NCBI RefSeq assembly: GCF_017744395.1
Contig: NZ_JAGIBI010000012.1
Coordinates: 7,766 to 71,765, forward strand
Reading direction: 5' to 3'
DNA: 64,000 bases
From: Herbaspirillum sp.
Lineage (GTDB): Bacteria > Pseudomonadota > Gammaproteobacteria > Burkholderiales > Burkholderiaceae_D
Part shown: in pieces, positions 38,399 to 48,366 of the stretch
Position numbering within the stretch: the first letter of the stretch is position 1
Layout of the letters: each line of letters opens with the position of its first letter
Made by a program: the position numbers and the translations under genes
The notes under the pieces: model-generated
Told to the model about the DNA's origin: nothing
What the model saw: only the letters and a program-made list of their open reading frames with translations
Databases searched by the model: none

Positions 38399-39157
38399 AT
38401 GAGCACCAGCACGACCCAGTCCAGCCGCAAAAAGAGCATCGCCAAACCCGATAACAGCCCCCTGCCCGGCCAAGCCATCAACGCCCGCCCGATGGCCGGC
38501 GACCTTATCTACGAGCGCATCCTGGGCTCGATCATGGAACATCGCCTCACTCCCGGCACCAAGCTGGTGGAAGAAAAGCTGGCCGGCATTTTCGGCGTCA
38601 ACCGTACACGGGTACGCGAGGTGCTGGCGCGGTTGTCGCACGAAGGCCTGATCACGACCATCCCCAACCGCGGCGCCTTCGTCGCCAGCCCCACGCCGGA
38701 CGAAGCGCGCGCCATCTTCGGCGCGCGCCGCCTGCTGGAACCGGCCCTGCTGCGCCACCTGTGCGAACACACCCAGCCCGCGCACATCGCGCAACTGCGC
38801 GAGCATGTGGCCCAGGAAGCGCGTGCCCGCGAAAACAACGACCGCCGCGCCATCATCCGCCTCTCCGGCGAATTCCACATCCGCATCGCCGACATGGTCG
38901 GGAACCCGGTGATGAGCAAGATGATGCGCGAACTGGCCTCGCTCACCTGCCTGATCATCGTGCTGTACGACTCCCCCACGATGCCGGCCTGCGCCCACGA
39001 CGAACACGGCCGCATCATCGACGCGATCGCCGCCGGCCGCGCCGAAGACGCGGTGGCCGCGATGATCGGGCACCTGCACCATATTGAGGAAGTACTGGAC
39101 ATGTCGGCGCCGCCCAGCGAGGACGAGGATCTGGAGGCGATGCTGGGCATGGTGTGA
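38399..39157 (+). CDS. GntR (FadR/FCD) regulator
   Basis: LTPGTKLVEEKLA...RVREVL, SGEFH, DEHGRII. Confidence 0.92.
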   Translation: MSTSTTQSSRKKSIAKPDNSPLPGQAINARPMAGDLIYERILGSIMEHRLTPGTKLVEEKLAGIFGVNRTRVREVLARLSHEGLITTIPNRGAFVASPTPDEARAIFGARRLLEPALLRHLCEHTQPAHIAQLREHVAQEARARENNDRRAIIRLSGEFHIRIADMVGNPVMSKMMRELASLTCLIIVLYDSPTMPACAHDEHGRIIDAIAAGRAEDAVAAMIGHLHHIEEVLDMSAPPSEDEDLEAMLGMV

Positions 39158-39180
39158 ACGCGCCGAGGCGCTCCACAACA

Positions 39181-39825
39181 TCAAGCCCTCAACATCCCCC
39201 AGGCCAGGCGCACCAGTTCGTCCTCGAACTGCCGTGTCCCCAGCAAGGGGGACTCTTCCAGGGATGCGCTGCGTATCGCCCCCATCACTGCCCGGGTGAG
39301 GACAAAAATTCCCGCCGCGTTCGGCACGCGCATCCCCGGCGACTCCACCTGCGCCAATGCCGCCGCAATATGCTCGGCGCCCTCGCGCATGGCCTGCATG
39401 ATGTTCTCGTGATGATCCATGCGCCAGGCCAGCCGTATCATCGAACGCTTGAACACCCCGCCGGCGCCGAAGGCTTCGATCAGTACCCGGATGCGTTCGC
39501 GGATGATGCGTTCCGGATCGGCGCCCTGCGCCACCGACCTGGCCAGCATTTCCTGCATCTCATCCATCACCTTGCGCCGGCCGCGGTGGATCATCGCCAG
39601 CAGGATCGCCTCCTTGGTCGGGAAGTACTGGTACAGGGTACCGATGGAAAAACCGGCCCGCTCGGCGATCTTGTTGGTGGTCAGTTGCGCCTCGCCTTGT
39701 TCGTCGACGATCTGAGCAGTGGCGTCGAAGATGGTCTCGATGGTGCGCTGCGCGCGGTCCTGCACCGGCTGCTTGCGCATGGCCTGCGCGGCCTCCGGCG
39801 TTTTTTTCTTGCGGGAAAGTGCCAT
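39181..39825 (-). CDS. TetR-family regulator
   Basis: PVQDRAQRTIETI, IAERAGFSIGTLYQYF. Confidence 0.9.
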   Translation of the reverse strand: MALSRKKKTPEAAQAMRKQPVQDRAQRTIETIFDATAQIVDEQGEAQLTTNKIAERAGFSIGTLYQYFPTKEAILLAMIHRGRRKVMDEMQEMLARSVAQGADPERIIRERIRVLIEAFGAGGVFKRSMIRLAWRMDHHENIMQAMREGAEHIAAALAQVESPGMRVPNAAGIFVLTRAVMGAIRSASLEESPLLGTRQFEDELVRLAWGMLRA

Positions 39826-39912
39826 GATGGAAAACTGAGCCTGAAACGAGTTGAGGGGTGCCGGGCAAAACTGAATAATGCTCATATTCTTTAATCGCAG
39901 CAAGCCGCCCTC

Positions 39913-40749
39913 ATGCCCATCGCCGCCATCGACCTTCCCGTGCGCAAACTCGCCATCGACCTGTCATCCGGCTTCGCACGCCACTGGCATGGTGGCGACG
40001 CCTATCGCAGCATGTATTTCAATGCGCTGTCGATGAGTTTCCCGGTGGGGGAACAATTCTTCATCGACGCGGTGCGCGCGGGCGCCGCCACCTTGCCGGA
40101 CGATGAGGCCCATGCCCCGCTGCATGCGCTGGTCGCGCAATTCACCGGCCAGGAAGCCACGCATCGCCACCTGCACGGCCTGTACAACCGCCATCTTGAA
40201 CGGCAAAACCTGCGCAACCGCTGGCAAGGCTGGGCCCAGCGCCGCGTCGACTGGTGCCATGCGCTCGGCCTCTCGCCGCTGAACCTGGTGGCGGTGACCG
40301 CCGCCTACGAACACCTCACCGCCGTCTTCTCCGACGCCCTGCTGCGCCACGGCTGGATGGACGGCGCCGACGAACCGATGCAGACGCTGTGGCGCTGGCA
40401 CGCCTCGGAAGAAACCGAACACAAGGCGGTCGCCTTCGACCTCTACCGCGCCATGGGCGGCGGCAATCTGCGCCGGATGGCCTGGTATCTCTACGTGTTC
40501 GCCATCTTCTCGCTGGAAAGCAATGTGCAAACGCTGCTCAACCTCAAGCGCGACGGCAGCCTGTTCCGCCCCCGCACCTGGGGTTCGGCGTTGCGCTTCT
40601 GGTTCGGCCGCAACGGCCAGCTGCGCCGTTGCACCGGGGCGCTGCTGGGCTACCTGCGCCCCGGCTTTCATCCGGACGACGACGACAACCGCGCCATCGC
40701 CGCGCAATGGCTGGCGCGAAACAGCAGCCGTTGGACCCGCGTGAAATAA
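39913..40749 (+). CDS. predicted metal-dependent hydrolase
   Basis: FNALSMSFPVGEQFF, QEATH, WHASEETEHKAVAFD. Confidence 0.85.
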   Translation: MPIAAIDLPVRKLAIDLSSGFARHWHGGDAYRSMYFNALSMSFPVGEQFFIDAVRAGAATLPDDEAHAPLHALVAQFTGQEATHRHLHGLYNRHLERQNLRNRWQGWAQRRVDWCHALGLSPLNLVAVTAAYEHLTAVFSDALLRHGWMDGADEPMQTLWRWHASEETEHKAVAFDLYRAMGGGNLRRMAWYLYVFAIFSLESNVQTLLNLKRDGSLFRPRTWGSALRFWFGRNGQLRRCTGALLGYLRPGFHPDDDDNRAIAAQWLARNSSRWTRVK

Positions 40750-40816
40750 TTGCAAGCACATCGCATCGCCATCGCGTTACCATCTCCGCAGACCAAAAAC
40801 ACCGAGGAGACCTGCG

Positions 40817-41623
40817 ATGAGTGCAGCCAACGGCACAGACGCATCCCAACCCATCCTGCTGCGCGAAGACAAGGCGGGCATGGCCACGCTGACGCTGAAC
40901 CGCCCGCAGCAATTCAATGCCCTGTCCGAAGCCATGCTCGATGCGCTACAGGCGCAGCTCGACCGGCTGGCCGCGGACGACAGCGTGCGCTGCGTGGTGC
41001 TGGCCGCCAGCGGCCGCGCCTTCTGCGCCGGCCATGACCTGCGCGAGATGCGCGCCACGCCGCAACTCGGCTACTACCAGGAACTGTTCCAGCGCTGCAG
41101 CCGCGTGATGCAGGCCATCCAGGCGCTGCCGATGCCGGTGATCGCGCGCGTGCACGGCATCGCCACCGCCGCCGGCTGCCAGCTGGTCGGCAGCTGCGAC
41201 CTGGCCGTGGCCTCGCATGCGGCACGCTTCGCGGTCTCGGGCATCAACGTCGGCCTGTTCTGCGCCACGCCCTCGGTAGCGCTCACGCGCAACATCCCCA
41301 TCAAGCGCGCTTTCGAGATGCTGGTGACCGGCAAGTTCATCGATGCGCAAACCGCCGCCGACTGGGGCTTGATCAACCACGCGGTGGCCGAGGAAGAACT
41401 GGATGCCGCCGTCGCCGCGCTGGCGGCGCAGATCGTCGCCAAGAGCCCGGTATCGATCCGCTACGGCAAGGCCATGGTCTATCGCCAGAAGCAGATGGCC
41501 TTGTCCGACGCTTACGAATACGCGGCCGATGTCATGGCGCGCAACATCATGGAAGACGATGCGATGGAAGGCATCGATGCCTTCCTCGAAAAACGCACGC
41601 CGAAGTGGGGGCCGCCGGCGTAA
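40817..41623 (+). CDS. enoyl-CoA hydratase family protein
   Basis: TLNRPQQFNALS, FCAGHDL, ATAAGCQL. Confidence 0.9.
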   Translation: MSAANGTDASQPILLREDKAGMATLTLNRPQQFNALSEAMLDALQAQLDRLAADDSVRCVVLAASGRAFCAGHDLREMRATPQLGYYQELFQRCSRVMQAIQALPMPVIARVHGIATAAGCQLVGSCDLAVASHAARFAVSGINVGLFCATPSVALTRNIPIKRAFEMLVTGKFIDAQTAADWGLINHAVAEEELDAAVAALAAQIVAKSPVSIRYGKAMVYRQKQMALSDAYEYAADVMARNIMEDDAMEGIDAFLEKRTPKWGPPA

Positions 41624-41625
41624 TT

Positions 41626-41690
41626 TTTACGCCCCGTTAATGCGGCGCACCGAAAGTTTTACCAGGATTAAACGCGCATAAAACTAAGCT
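41626..41690 (+). promoter_or_regulatory. putative KdpE-dependent promoter
   Basis: TTTAC-like repeats at offsets 0/11/32/43 and TAAGCT at offset 59, the same geometry as the kdpF promoter. Confidence 0.68.
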
Positions 41691-41720
41691 GGAAGCTCCT
41701 CAACCCGTGGAGTTTCCAGC

Positions 41721-42572
41721 ATGAACCGCAAGGCACAACAAGAACAAGGTCCTGTCTTCCCGCAACACGCGCCGCTGGGCCGCCGGCGCCTGCGCAACGC
41801 CCAGTTCGCAGGCATTGCCACGCTGGCCGCTGCCGGCGCGCTGCTGGCCATCGCCGTCATCGCACCGGCGCAAGCCGCCGACAACACCGAAGCCGCCGGC
41901 GCCTCGCCGCTGCACCTGGCCGGCAATCTCGGCATCGTCAGCCAGTACGTCTTCCGCGGCACCACCCAGACCAACGAAAAGCCGGCACTGCAAGGCGGCT
42001 TCGACCTCACCCACGACAACGGCTTGTACGCCGGCCTCTGGATGTCCAACATCAGCTGGATCTCCGACAGCAACCCGGCCGCCTCGGCCAGCCTGGAAGC
42101 CGATCTCTATGCCGGCTGGAAACCGGCCGTCACCGACTGGCTCAACGCCGACCTCGGCGTGCTGCACTACGCCTATCCCGGCAGCTATCCGGACGGCATG
42201 ACCAGCCCCGACACTACCGAAATCTACGCCGGCCTGGATGCCAAATGGATCGCCTTCAAATATTCGTACAGCACCGGCAATACCTTCGGCAACGCCGGCA
42301 CCAGCGGCAGCAGCTATGCCGACCTGTCGGTCAACCATGAACTGTTCGCCGGCATTACCGGCGCTGCCCACATCGGCCGCCAGCGCTATACCGGAGCGAA
42401 TGCTTCCATGCTGTCCTATACCGACTGGAAGCTCGGCCTGAGCCGTGATTTCTCCGGCTACGTCTTGGGACTGGCCTATACCGGCACCAACGCATCGGAT
42501 GCCGGCTACACCATCCGCGGCAAGAACATCGGGCGCAGCCAGGTGGTGCTGTCGCTGAACAAGACGTTTTGA
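41721..42572 (+). CDS. TorF-family putative porin
   Basis: SQYVFRGTTQT...PALQGGFD, GLYAGLWMSN, terminal LNKTF; true start uncertain. Confidence 0.85.
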   Translation: MNRKAQQEQGPVFPQHAPLGRRRLRNAQFAGIATLAAAGALLAIAVIAPAQAADNTEAAGASPLHLAGNLGIVSQYVFRGTTQTNEKPALQGGFDLTHDNGLYAGLWMSNISWISDSNPAASASLEADLYAGWKPAVTDWLNADLGVLHYAYPGSYPDGMTSPDTTEIYAGLDAKWIAFKYSYSTGNTFGNAGTSGSSYADLSVNHELFAGITGAAHIGRQRYTGANASMLSYTDWKLGLSRDFSGYVLGLAYTGTNASDAGYTIRGKNIGRSQVVLSLNKTF

Positions 42573-42603
42573 ACTTGAAAGGCCGGTACAAGGAGTCATC
42601 ATC

Positions 42604-42987
42604 ATGCGCACCCAACGCCTACATCCGCTCTCCCCGCGCCATCTCTTCCTGCGTACCGGCCGCCGCCACCACTACCGCTGCGCGCTGGCCGCGCTGCTGG
42701 TCTTCATCGCCTGCGCCGGCCTGCTGCCACTGGCCCAGGCGGTGGTCCCCTACCGCTCACCCGACGACTACGGCCCTTCGCCGCAAGCGCAACGGCACCG
42801 CGGCGACTGCCGCCGCCAGGTATTGCAAGCGGTGAACGGGAAGATAGAAAGCGAGGATTTCGTCGCTCGCACCGACCGCGAATACTTCCGCTACGTGGTG
42901 CGCCAGAAGCTGCGCGAGGTGATGTTCATCTGCGATGCCCGCAATGGCGAAATACGCAGGCAGATCGATATCTGGGGGGATCTTTAG
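42604..42987 (+). CDS. exported PepSY-like protein
   Basis: hydrophobic leader; C-terminal ICDARNGEI resembles the PepSY DAxTGE motif. Confidence 0.5.
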   Translation: MRTQRLHPLSPRHLFLRTGRRHHYRCALAALLVFIACAGLLPLAQAVVPYRSPDDYGPSPQAQRHRGDCRRQVLQAVNGKIESEDFVARTDREYFRYVVRQKLREVMFICDARNGEIRRQIDIWGDL

Positions 42988-43012
42988 GTTCAGAACGATA
43001 GAGTGAAATCGT

Positions 43013-43531
43013 TCAATACGAAAATTGCCGCATTACCATTTCCATCAGATCCCTCGCCTCCTTTCTGGAACACAAGCGAAGCTTGGCTCCGGCAAAACCT
43101 TCGAAGAAGGATTGATGAAAAATACGGGCGCTCGATCCATCACGCGTGCAATAGCTGTCGGCCCAGGCCAGCAAATCCGCAAACGACTGTTCCGACGCGC
43201 CGCCACGTGGGCCGCGTTGCCGGATATTGGCGACACATTCCTCCTCCCCGATATCAAGCCAGAGCAGCATGGTCGCCCTATCGGCAATTTCGGTCGCAAT
43301 CCAACCGTAGATACCTTCCATAATCCACTGATCGCCTACAGCAACTTCCTTGGCCATGCGAATCACCTCTGTCCGCTCGCGTGCCTTGTTATAGCCATCC
43401 GCCAGCCAATGGATGGAATCCCAGTCCGTCCACTTCATTCCGGTCTCCCGCTGCAACTGCTCGGCCAGCCAACTTTTCCCCGACCCCGAGTTCCCGATCA
43501 CAACGATTCTGTTGAAATCACACCTCCTCAT
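43013..43531 (-). CDS. adenylate-kinase-like P-loop protein (FlaR/topology-modulation-like)
   Basis: VIGNSGSGKS, WIMEGIY; ATGA overlap with the kdpE stop; low GC. Confidence 0.75.
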   Translation of the reverse strand: MRRCDFNRIVVIGNSGSGKSWLAEQLQRETGMKWTDWDSIHWLADGYNKARERTEVIRMAKEVAVGDQWIMEGIYGWIATEIADRATMLLWLDIGEEECVANIRQRGPRGGASEQSFADLLAWADSYCTRDGSSARIFHQSFFEGFAGAKLRLCSRKEARDLMEMVMRQFSY

Positions 43532-44241
43532 GGCTCCCCCACGACTTCCGCCACCCGATACCCCACCCCGATCTCGGTAAGGATATGCACCGGCTGCGCC
43601 GCATCCCGCTCCAGCTTCTGGCGCAGGCGCTGCATGTAGATGCGCAGGTAATGGTGGTCTTCCGCATGCGACGGTCCCCAGCCCGCCACCAGCAATTGCC
43701 GGTGCGTGATCACGCGGCCGGCGTCGCGCAGCAGGGTGGCAAGCAGGCGGTATTCGATCTGCGTCAGGTGCAGCGCCTCGCCGTTGCGGGTGACGCTGCG
43801 CGCCGGCAGGTCGACCACCACCTCGCCCAGGCGGTAGCGGCCGCTCGCCTTGTCGACGCCGGAGGCGCGCGCGTGGCGGCGCAGTTGGGCGCGCATGCGG
43901 GCCAGCAGTTCGGGCATGCCGAACGGCTTGGTCAGGTAGTCGTCGGCGCCAGCGTCGAGCGCTTCGACCTTTTCCGACTCCTGCGTGCGGGCCGAGAGGA
44001 TCACGATGGGCACGCCGCTCCAGCTGCGGATCTCGCTGATGACCTGCTTGCCGTCGAGGTCGGGCAGGCCGAGGTCGAGGATGATCAGGTCGGGCTTGCG
44101 GGTGCCGGCTTCGGTCACGCCCTCGCGCGCGGTCTTGGCTTCATGGACGATGAAACCCTCTTGCTCCAGCGCGCCTTTCACCAGCTTGCGGATGTGCGGG
44201 TCGTCTTCGATGAATACGATGTTGCCTGCGTGTTCCTGCAT
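43528..44241 (-). CDS. kdpE: K+ response regulator
   Basis: PDLIILDLGLPDLDG, GADDYLTKPFG, HYLRIYMQRLRQKLE, LTEIGVGYR. Confidence 0.96.
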   Translation of the reverse strand: MQEHAGNIVFIEDDPHIRKLVKGALEQEGFIVHEAKTAREGVTEAGTRKPDLIILDLGLPDLDGKQVISEIRSWSGVPIVILSARTQESEKVEALDAGADDYLTKPFGMPELLARMRAQLRRHARASGVDKASGRYRLGEVVVDLPARSVTRNGEALHLTQIEYRLLATLLRDAGRVITHRQLLVAGWGPSHAEDHHYLRIYMQRLRQKLERDAAQPVHILTEIGVGYRVAEVVGEP

Positions 44242-44250
44242 GTTCTTTCC

Positions 44251-46974
44251 TTATTCTTCCGGCAAGTCGGGCTGCGCCTCCACCGGCAGCGTGAAACAGA
44301 CGGTAGCGCCTTGCCCCGGCTCTTGCGGCGCGATCCAGATGCGGCCCTGGTGGGCTTCGACGATGGCGCGGCAGATCGCCAGGCCGAGGCCGACGCCGGG
44401 CGTGCTGGACTCATTGTCGCCGCGCGTGAATTTTTCGAAAGCGTGCTGCGCCATCGCCGGCGGGAATCCGCGGCCGTGGTCGGACACGCTGACCTTGACC
44501 TGCTGCGCGCCGTCCAGCGTCTCGACATGGGCGGCGATGGCGATGGCGCTGCCCGGCGGCGAATACTTGGCCGCATTCTCCACCAGGTTGGAGAATACCC
44601 GTTCCAGCAGCACCGCATCGACCCGCAGCAGCGGCAAACCGGCCGGCAGGCGCACTTCGACCGAACGGCCTTCGAGCGTCTTTGACAGCAAGCGCAGCGC
44701 CGACCCCGCCACTTCCTCCAGCGCATTCCACTGGCGATTCAGCGTGACTGCGCCGGCCTGCAGGCGCGCCATGTCGAGCAGGTTGTTCATCAGGCCGACC
44801 ATCTTCTGCGACTGTTCACCGATAGTGCGCGCCATGGCGCGGGCATCCTCGTCCAGCCGGGGATTGGCGGCCAGCACGTCGGCGCTGCCGACCAGGGAAG
44901 TCAGCGGTGTGCGCAGGTCATGCGAGATGGCCGACAGCAGCGAGTTGCGCAGGCGTTCCGACTCCATGCTCACCAGCGCATCCTGCGCCACCTCGGCGTA
45001 ATGCAGGCGCTCGATGGCCATGGCGATCTGCGAGCAGAAGATTTCCAGCATCTGGCGGTTCTCGGGCAATGCCAGCTGTGCCGCGGCAAGCTGGCGCTCG
45101 TCCTCGCTGGCGCCTTCGATGGCGAAGGCCAGCACGCCGCGGGTGCGCATGGTGGCCGTCAGCGGCAGGTAAAGCGCGGCGGCCGAAGGCAGCGTGGCGG
45201 TGCCCTTGCCGGCCGGCTGGCCGTTGTCGTAGACCCATTGCGCCACCCCGGCATCGACGCTCTTGAGCACATGGGCGCCGCCCGCCTCCTGCTCCGGCTC
45301 GGCCAGATGCAGCTGGTTGGCGCTGTCGGGCAGGAAAAAGGCGATGCGCGCGCCGAACACCGCGGCCAGGTGGCGGCGGCCGATTTCCAGGATCTGGTCC
45401 AGCGTCAGCAGGGCCGACAATTCCTTGCCCAGCATGTACAGGTTGGAGGCGCGCGTCTCGCGCTGCATGGCCACGCTGGCCTGGCGCCGCAGCCTGGCGG
45501 TCAGCGAGCTGATGAACAGCGACACCGCCAGCATCACCAGCAGCGTCAGCAGGTATTGCACATCCGAGACCGAGATCGAAAACCGTGGATCGACGAAGAA
45601 GAAATCGAAGGACAGCACCGACAGCACCGACACCAGCGCCGAAGCCGAACGGCCATGGCGCATCGCCACCAGCATCACGCCGACCAGGTACAGCATGATG
45701 ACATTGGCCGGATGCAGGAAGTCGTTGAGCACGAAAGCCAGCGCGGTGGTGACGGCGCAACTGGCCACCGCCCAGGCATAGCCGCGTATGCGCCGACGGC
45801 GCGTGAGCAGGTCCTGCGCCGCATCGGCGACGGAATCTTCGCGGCTGTCGCCATCGCCGGCGGCGGTCCGGCTGCGGGCGACGGTATAGATGTCGACGCC
45901 TTCGCCCAGCGCGGCGATGCGCTTGGCCAGCCGGCCGCGCTGCTGGCCGATCACCAGCTTGCCCGCATTGCGGCTCTTGGTGAACTGCAGCAGCGCCGTG
46001 GCGAGTTCGTCGCCGCTGATGCTGGCGGTTTCCGCGCCCAGCGACTGCGCCAGCTTGAGATAGCCGAGCACGCGCTCGCGCCCGGCCAGCGCCTGGCTGC
46101 CATTGGCCAGGTCGACATGCACCGCCAGCCATTCGGCCTGCAGCTTGGCCGCCAGCCGCGCCGCCTCGCGGATCAGCCGCTCCTCGCCGGCACCGCTACC
46201 GACGGCCACCACGATGCGCTCGCGCGCCTGCCATAGCTGGGCGATGGAACGGTCGGCGCGGTACTCGCGCATGTCGGCATCGACCCGGTCGGCGGTGCGG
46301 CGCAAAGCGATCTCGCGCAGCGCGATCAGGTTGCCCTTGCGGAAGAAATTGCGCCCGGCCTTCTCGGCCTGCTGCGGCATATACACCTTGCCTTGCTTCA
46401 GGCGCGCCAGCAGTTCGTCGGGCGGGATGTCGACCAGCATGACGTCGTCGGCCTGGTCGAACACGTGGTCGGGCACGGTCTCGAACACGCGGATGCCGGT
46501 AATCTGGCCGACCACGTCGTTCAGGCTTTCGATGTGCTGGACGTTGAGGGTGGTGTAGACGTCGATGCCGGCTCGCAGCAGTTCGTCGATGTCCTGCCAG
46601 CGTTTGGCATGGCGCGAACCGGGCACGTTGGAATGGGCCAGTTCGTCCACCAGCATGACTTGCGGCTTGCGTTGCAGGGCGGCGTCGAGGTCGAACTCGG
46701 GGAGCAGGCGGTCGCGGTAGGCGACCTTTTTCATCGGCAGGCGTTCGATGCCTTGCAGTTGTTCCTCGGTCTCGCTGCGGCCGTGGGTTTCAACCACGCC
46801 GGCGACCACGTCGATGTTTTGCGCGCGCAGGACCTGGGCGGCTTCCAGCATGGCGAAGGTCTTGCCTACGCCTGCCGAAAAACCGAAAAAGACCTTCAGG
46901 CGGCCGCGGGATTGGCGGTCTTCCTCGCGCATTACGCGTTCGAGCAGGTCGTCGGGGTTGGGGCGGGTGGTCAT
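44251..46974 (-). CDS. kdpD: K+ sensor kinase
   Basis: GFSAGVGKT, VDELAHSN, LRELALR-type motif, USP, TM, GAF, ISHDLRTPL. Confidence 0.96.
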   Translation of the reverse strand: MTTRPNPDDLLERVMREEDRQSRGRLKVFFGFSAGVGKTFAMLEAAQVLRAQNIDVVAGVVETHGRSETEEQLQGIERLPMKKVAYRDRLLPEFDLDAALQRKPQVMLVDELAHSNVPGSRHAKRWQDIDELLRAGIDVYTTLNVQHIESLNDVVGQITGIRVFETVPDHVFDQADDVMLVDIPPDELLARLKQGKVYMPQQAEKAGRNFFRKGNLIALREIALRRTADRVDADMREYRADRSIAQLWQARERIVVAVGSGAGEERLIREAARLAAKLQAEWLAVHVDLANGSQALAGRERVLGYLKLAQSLGAETASISGDELATALLQFTKSRNAGKLVIGQQRGRLAKRIAALGEGVDIYTVARSRTAAGDGDSREDSVADAAQDLLTRRRRIRGYAWAVASCAVTTALAFVLNDFLHPANVIMLYLVGVMLVAMRHGRSASALVSVLSVLSFDFFFVDPRFSISVSDVQYLLTLLVMLAVSLFISSLTARLRRQASVAMQRETRASNLYMLGKELSALLTLDQILEIGRRHLAAVFGARIAFFLPDSANQLHLAEPEQEAGGAHVLKSVDAGVAQWVYDNGQPAGKGTATLPSAAALYLPLTATMRTRGVLAFAIEGASEDERQLAAAQLALPENRQMLEIFCSQIAMAIERLHYAEVAQDALVSMESERLRNSLLSAISHDLRTPLTSLVGSADVLAANPRLDEDARAMARTIGEQSQKMVGLMNNLLDMARLQAGAVTLNRQWNALEEVAGSALRLLSKTLEGRSVEVRLPAGLPLLRVDAVLLERVFSNLVENAAKYSPPGSAIAIAAHVETLDGAQQVKVSVSDHGRGFPPAMAQHAFEKFTRGDNESSTPGVGLGLAICRAIVEAHQGRIWIAPQEPGQGATVCFTLPVEAQPDLPEE

Positions 46975-46997
46975 TTTGAGGATGGTTTTAGAGCATT

Positions 46998-47723
46998 GTA
47001 GTCTGGTCTTGCTGCGTTCTGATGCTCTGGCTTTATTACTTGGTCTCTCCGGTCGAAAGGGAGCGCCGGGGGCGGCCCGGCAGCCGCTCACTTTCTTTGG
47101 CCCGCCAAAGAAAGTAAGCAAAGAAAACGGCCCCTAAGTGCCAGCCCTCCTGCGGAGGGTGCCCGTTGGAGCGCCATGAAAAATGGATCAGCGCGGCAGT
47201 CGGAGCGAAGCGACTCTGCCGAGCCCATTTTTCATGGCGCTCCAACGGCTGGCCCACAAGGGGAAATGCTTAAATGCCTCGCCTGCGGCATCGGGATTGG
47301 GATCGTGGTTCGCTATCTACTGTGGATTTGCCGGCGTCTTAACGACACTGGGTCCTGACTTTCGTCAGGACGACGCGTAGATGCGATAGCGATACACCGC
47401 ACCGATGCCGCAGGCGAGAAGCAAGCACCGCAATGCCGAAGGCGAGCCGTCTCCGCAGTCCGCTTCTGACCAGCCGCTGGAGCGAGGGGAAAAATGGATC
47501 AGAAAGGACGCCGGAGCGCAGCGACTTGCGGCCTTTCCCATTTTTCCCCTCGCTCCAGCGGGTACCCCGAAGGGGCTGGGCAGTAGCGGTCGCCTTCTTT
47601 TGCTTACTTTTCTTGGCGAGACAAGAAAAGTGAGCGGCTGCCGGGCCGCCCCCGGCGCTCACCTTCGACCGAAGAAAGATAAGCATAGAGCCAGTACACC
47701 GACACGCAGCAAGACCAGACTAC
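46998..47723. repeat. 726-bp nested palindromic element, copy 1
   Basis: perfect 20-bp terminal IR GTAGTCTGGTCTTGCTGCGT; mirrored internal modules; central CGTC-type REP hairpin at 47348-47375. Confidence 0.9.
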
Positions 47724-47736
47724 CCAAAAACCCAAA

Positions 47737-48339
47737 CTACTTAGCAGCCAAAGGCAAAGGCGCCACCTCATCCAAAGCCAAATTCAACTTCAACACATTA
47801 ACCCGAGCCTCCCCTAAAAACCCCCACTGCGGCGCCTCGGTATAAGTCCCAACCAACCCACGAACCAGCTCAACCCCAATCCCCCGAGCTCGAGCCACCC
47901 TCCCCACCTGATAATCCGCAGCCGCCGGACTGATATGCGGATCCAGCCCGCTACCGGAAGCCGTCAACAAATCGATAGGAACAGCCGGCCCGCCGCCAGC
48001 CTCGCGCAACACCTTGACCCGCTCCTCGGCAGCCTGCTTGAGCGCCGGATTGGTCGGCCCCAGATTGCTGCCGCCGGAAGCCATGCCGTTATTGGGAAAC
48101 TCGCCGCTAGCCGACGGCCGCCCCCAAAAATACCCGGCCCCGGAGAAATTCTCGCCGATCAGCTCAGAGCCAACCGCCACCCCGCCGCGCTCGATGATGC
48201 TGCCATTGGCCTGGCGCGGAAAGAAAGCCTGCGCCAGCCCGGTAACGACCGCCGGGTAAATGCCGCCGAGCACCACGCCCAACAGGATGAACAAGGTCAG
48301 CGCGGGACGCAGCGCATTATTCGAAAAAGGTGATTTCAT
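47737..48339 (-). CDS. kdpC: Kdp ATPase C chain
   Basis: [46 protein letters not shown]. Confidence 0.96.
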   Translation of the reverse strand: MKSPFSNNALRPALTLFILLGVVLGGIYPAVVTGLAQAFFPRQANGSIIERGGVAVGSELIGENFSGAGYFWGRPSASGEFPNNGMASGGSNLGPTNPALKQAAEERVKVLREAGGGPAVPIDLLTASGSGLDPHISPAAADYQVGRVARARGIGVELVRGLVGTYTEAPQWGFLGEARVNVLKLNLALDEVAPLPLAAK

Positions 48340-48366
48340 GATGTTTCCTTGAGAAGTCAGGATGGC

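Noticed and set aside
47036-47845. Short ORFs across element copy 1
   Set aside because: By-products of the palindromic repeat, with mirrored translations on both strands and no protein-like features
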